Source: an uncultured Actinomycetes bacterium (GTDB lineage: Bacteria; Actinomycetota; Actinomycetes; Mycobacteriales; SCTD01). Taken from it: a stretch of 64,000 nucleotides of DNA. Position numbers and translations under genes: made by a program. Location: assembly GCA_963784675.1 (NCBI GenBank), contig CAWASE010000023.1, positions 23,792-87,791 of the forward strand, given 5' to 3'. Positions 61,648 to 64,000 of the stretch are shown piece after piece (positions within the stretch are counted from its first letter, which is position 1; the number at the start of each line of letters is the position of its first letter). The notes under the pieces are model-generated. The model worked only from the letters and a program-made list of their open reading frames with translations, was not told the DNA's origin and ran no database searches.

Positions 61648-63755
61648 GCGCCTGCTCCGAGGAACACGGCCCGCAGCAGGTCGTCACGCTCGAGCAGGTC
61701 GGCGGCCTGCCCGTCGAAGCGCACCTGCCCCTTCTCCATGAAGACGGCTCGGTCCGCGACCGCCAGCGCGACGTTCACCGACTGCTCGACGAGCACGATC
61801 GCGGTGCCCTCGTCGGCGAGCCGGCGCACCACCTGCAGCAGCTGCTGGACGACGACCGGCGCGAGGCCGAGCGACAGCTCGTCGATGAGCAGCACCCGCG
61901 GCTCCAGCAGCAACGCCTTCGCGATGGCGAGCTGCTGCTGCTCGCCGCCGGACAGCAGTCCGGCGTCCTGGTCCAGGCGGGCGCGCAGGTCAGGGAACAG
62001 CGTGATGACGCGTTCCAGCTGCGTCGTGCGGCGCGAGGTGTCCCACAGGAAGCTCGCGGCGCCGATCAGCAGGTTGTCGCGGACCGTCATCGACGGGAAC
62101 ACGGCCTTGCCGCCGGGGACCTGGGTGATGCCCAGCCGCACCCGGGTGGGCGTGTCGGCGAAGGTCACCGCCCGACCCTCCAGCCGCACCGCGCCGCGCT
62201 GCGCGCCGAGGGACCCGCACACGGCACGCAGCAGGGTGGACTTGCCGGCGCCGTTGGTCCCGAGCAGCGCCAGGATCTCGCCTGCGTGCACGTCCAGGTC
62301 GACGCCGAACAGCACCTGCTGGTCGCCGTAGGAGACCTCCAGCCCGCGCACCGTGAGCAGCGGGCCGTCCGCAGGCGCCTGCTCGTCGGCCAGCAGGTCG
62401 GCCGAGGCGGCGAGGGTGTCCGCGGCCACGGTCGGCACGGCCCGCAGGACCAGCGCCGCTGCCAGCAGACAGCTCGGGAGCACGACGATCGCGAGCGCCT
62501 GGCGCGGACCGCGGGCGTCGGACAGCAGCCCGGTGGCGAGGGTGCCGAGCAGACCGCCCCCGACGAAGACCGCCACTCCCAGCACGGCGAACGACAGCGA
62601 CCGCAGCCGGGCCGGGACGACGCCCGCCACGACGGCGTAGGCCGGGACGATGCCGGTGCGGAAGACCAGCTTCGCCACCGCGACCCCGGACAGCAGCAGC
62701 CCCAGCGACGGGCTGGCGATCGCCAGCGGGAAGAGCACCCCGAATCCCACCGCGCAGCCGGCGAACAGGCGCAGCGGCAGGCCGGGCCCGCGGGCGCTGA
62801 GCCGGTCGCCGACGAAGCCGCCCAGCAGCGTCCCGAGCACGGCGCCGATCTCGGTGAGCGACAGCGCGAGCCCACGCTGGGCGGTCGTCAGGTCGAAGGT
62901 GCGGTCCAGCGCCAGCGAGAAGTAGATCGGGACCGCGACCAGCTCCAGCCCCAGCACGGACACCGCAGCGATCACCGACCGATAGGTGGGGATGGCCAGC
63001 AGGCGCTGCACCCCCACCGTCGCCGATACCGGGACCGTCGCGGGTCGCCGCCGCGGCCCCCAGCTCGGCCAGCTCGCCGCCGCCCCGCTGCGGCTCGCGC
63101 AGCCCCAGGCACAGCACCCCGAGGAACAGCGACGGGATGCCCAGCACCAGGAACGCCAGCCGCCAGCCGTCCGGCCCGTTGCCGGTGGCCGCGAGCAACC
63201 CGGCGACGACCGGTCCCAGCAGCGTTCCGACCGGGGCGGCAGCGGCATGCAGCCCCAGCACGCGGGCGCGGGACGCGGGCGGGTAGCCGTCGGCCAGCAG
63301 CGACGGGTGCACGGGCAGGATCGCCGACTGCCCCGCCTCGTTGACGATCCGTGCGGCGTACAGCTGGCCGACGCTCTGCACCGCGCCGGTACCGATCGTC
63401 GCCAGGCCGGCGACGATCGCCGTGACGCCCGACAGCGTCGTGCGACGCACCCGGTCCGAAGCAGCCCGATCGGGACGGCCGCCAGCACGAACACGCCGAG
63501 CTGGACCGTCACGACGGCCGCGAACCCGCTGTCGGACAGTCCGAGCGAGCGCTGGATGTCCGGCGCCAGCGCCGCCAGGGCCGCCGAGTCCAGGTAGTCC
63601 ACGAGCTGGATGGCGGCGAGCACGAGCAGCAGCCCGGGTCCGCCGAGCTGCAGGGTCCGGCGCAGCGAGGGGGCAGGGCCGACGGCGGACGCCGGGGCGG
63701 GCTCGGCGGGTGCGGGAAGGCCCGGCTCAGCCGCAGGGACGGTCTCGAGAGCCAC
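61644..63755 (-). CDS. MFS permease fused to a LivF-like ABC ATPase (frameshifts near 63465 and 63045)
   Basis: LVDYLDSAALAALAPDIQ, SLLADGYPPASRARV, DGWRLAF, GGFVGDRL; then GTNGAGKST, LSGGEQQQ, IDELSLGLAP, VEQS. Confidence 0.85.
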   Translation of the reverse strand: MALETVPAAEPGLPAPAEPAPASAVGPAPSLRRTLQLGGPGLLLVLAAIQLVDYLDSAALAALAPDIQRSLGLSDSGFAAVVTVQLGVFVLAAVPIGLLRTGCVARRCRASRRSSPAWRRSVPARCRASASCTPHGSSTRRGSRRSCPCTRRCWPTATRPRPAPACWGCMPLPPRSERCWDRSSPGCSRPPATGRTAGGWRSWCWASRRCSSGCCAWGCASRSGAAASWPSWGPRRRPATVPVSATVGVQRLLAIPTYRSVIAAVSVLGLELVAVPIYFSLALDRTFDLTTAQRGLALSLTEIGAVLGTLLGGFVGDRLSARGPGLPLRLFAGCAVGFGVLFPLAIASPSLGLLLSGVAVAKLVFRTGIVPAYAVVAGVVPARLRSLSFAVLGVAVFVGGGLLGTLATGLLSDARGPRQALAIVVLPSCLLAAALVLRAVPTVAADTLAASADLLADEQAPADGPLLTVRGLEVSYGDQQVLFGVDLDVHAGEILALLGTNGAGKSTLLRAVCGSLGAQRGAVRLEGRAVTFADTPTRVRLGITQVPGGKAVFPSMTVRDNLLIGAASFLWDTSRRTTQLERVITLFPDLRARLDQDAGLLSGGEQQQLAIAKALLLEPRVLLIDELSLGLAPVVVQQLLQVVRRLADEGTAIVLVEQSVNVALAVADRAVFMEKGQVRFDGQAADLLERDDLLRAVFLGAGA

Positions 63756-63797
63756 CGTTCAGCCCTCTCGTCCAGCCGGTCGCGATGTGGACATAAA

Positions 63798-64000
63798 CTA
63801 GCGCGTATGTGCCGCTGAGGGAGCCAGCAGCGGCCAGGGCCGCTCCCGCTCCAGCTGCAGGGCGACGTCCAGAAGCAGCGCGTCGTGGTGCCGGGGCGCG
63901 ATGATCTGCAGCCCCACCGGCAGGCCGCGCGGCGACAGCCCGGCCGGGACGGTGATCGCCGGCAGCCCGGACAGGTTCATCGGCATCGTGAGCCGCCCGG
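63798..64000 (-). CDS. Amidase family protein, 3' end
   Basis: PMNLSGLPAITVPAG...GLPVGLQIIA...ERERPW. Confidence 0.85.
   Translation of the reverse strand, partial: GRLTMPMNLSGLPAITVPAGLSPRGLPVGLQIIAPRHHDALLLDVALQLERERPWPLLAPSAAHTR

Overview
High-GC actinobacterial chromosome segment (gene order suggests a Frankiales/Sporichthya/Geodermatophilales-like lineage; inference only). The backbone is the conserved minus-strand run leuS-degV-plsY-comEA-comEC-holA-(rpsT)-lepA-hemW-hrcA-dnaJ-rsmE-HIT-phoH-ybeY-CBS/hemolysin-cdd-era-recO-uppS-glyQS-upp-ppdK, with several accessory insertions. Many genes carry single-base indels clustered at about 0-6.2 kb, 16.5 kb, 28-34 kb and 59-63.5 kb, most likely sequencing errors. 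Highlights: (1) between hrcA and hemW, a complex-I-like membrane module (nuoA / NuoB-like+Met-His repeat+NuoD-like fusion / nuoH ... nuoL / nuoM / nuoN) with no NADH-input subunits and a CsoR/RicR-type operator upstream, a candidate copper-responsive system. (2) That operon is broken by an IS110 remnant whose 3' non-coding end folds into two duplicated stem-internal-loop modules, with loop segments matching the element end and junction (bridge/seek-RNA-like). (3) A convergent pair of small coiled-coil paralogs of unknown function, one missing from the ORF track. (4) A leaderless Leu leader peptide with an attenuator before leuS. (5) A sortase-anchored DUF3494 ice-binding protein. (6) An MFS-ATPase / permease-ATPase fused ABC cluster. 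A Zur box and a CIRCE are clearly visible. No rRNA, tRNA or CRISPR was seen.
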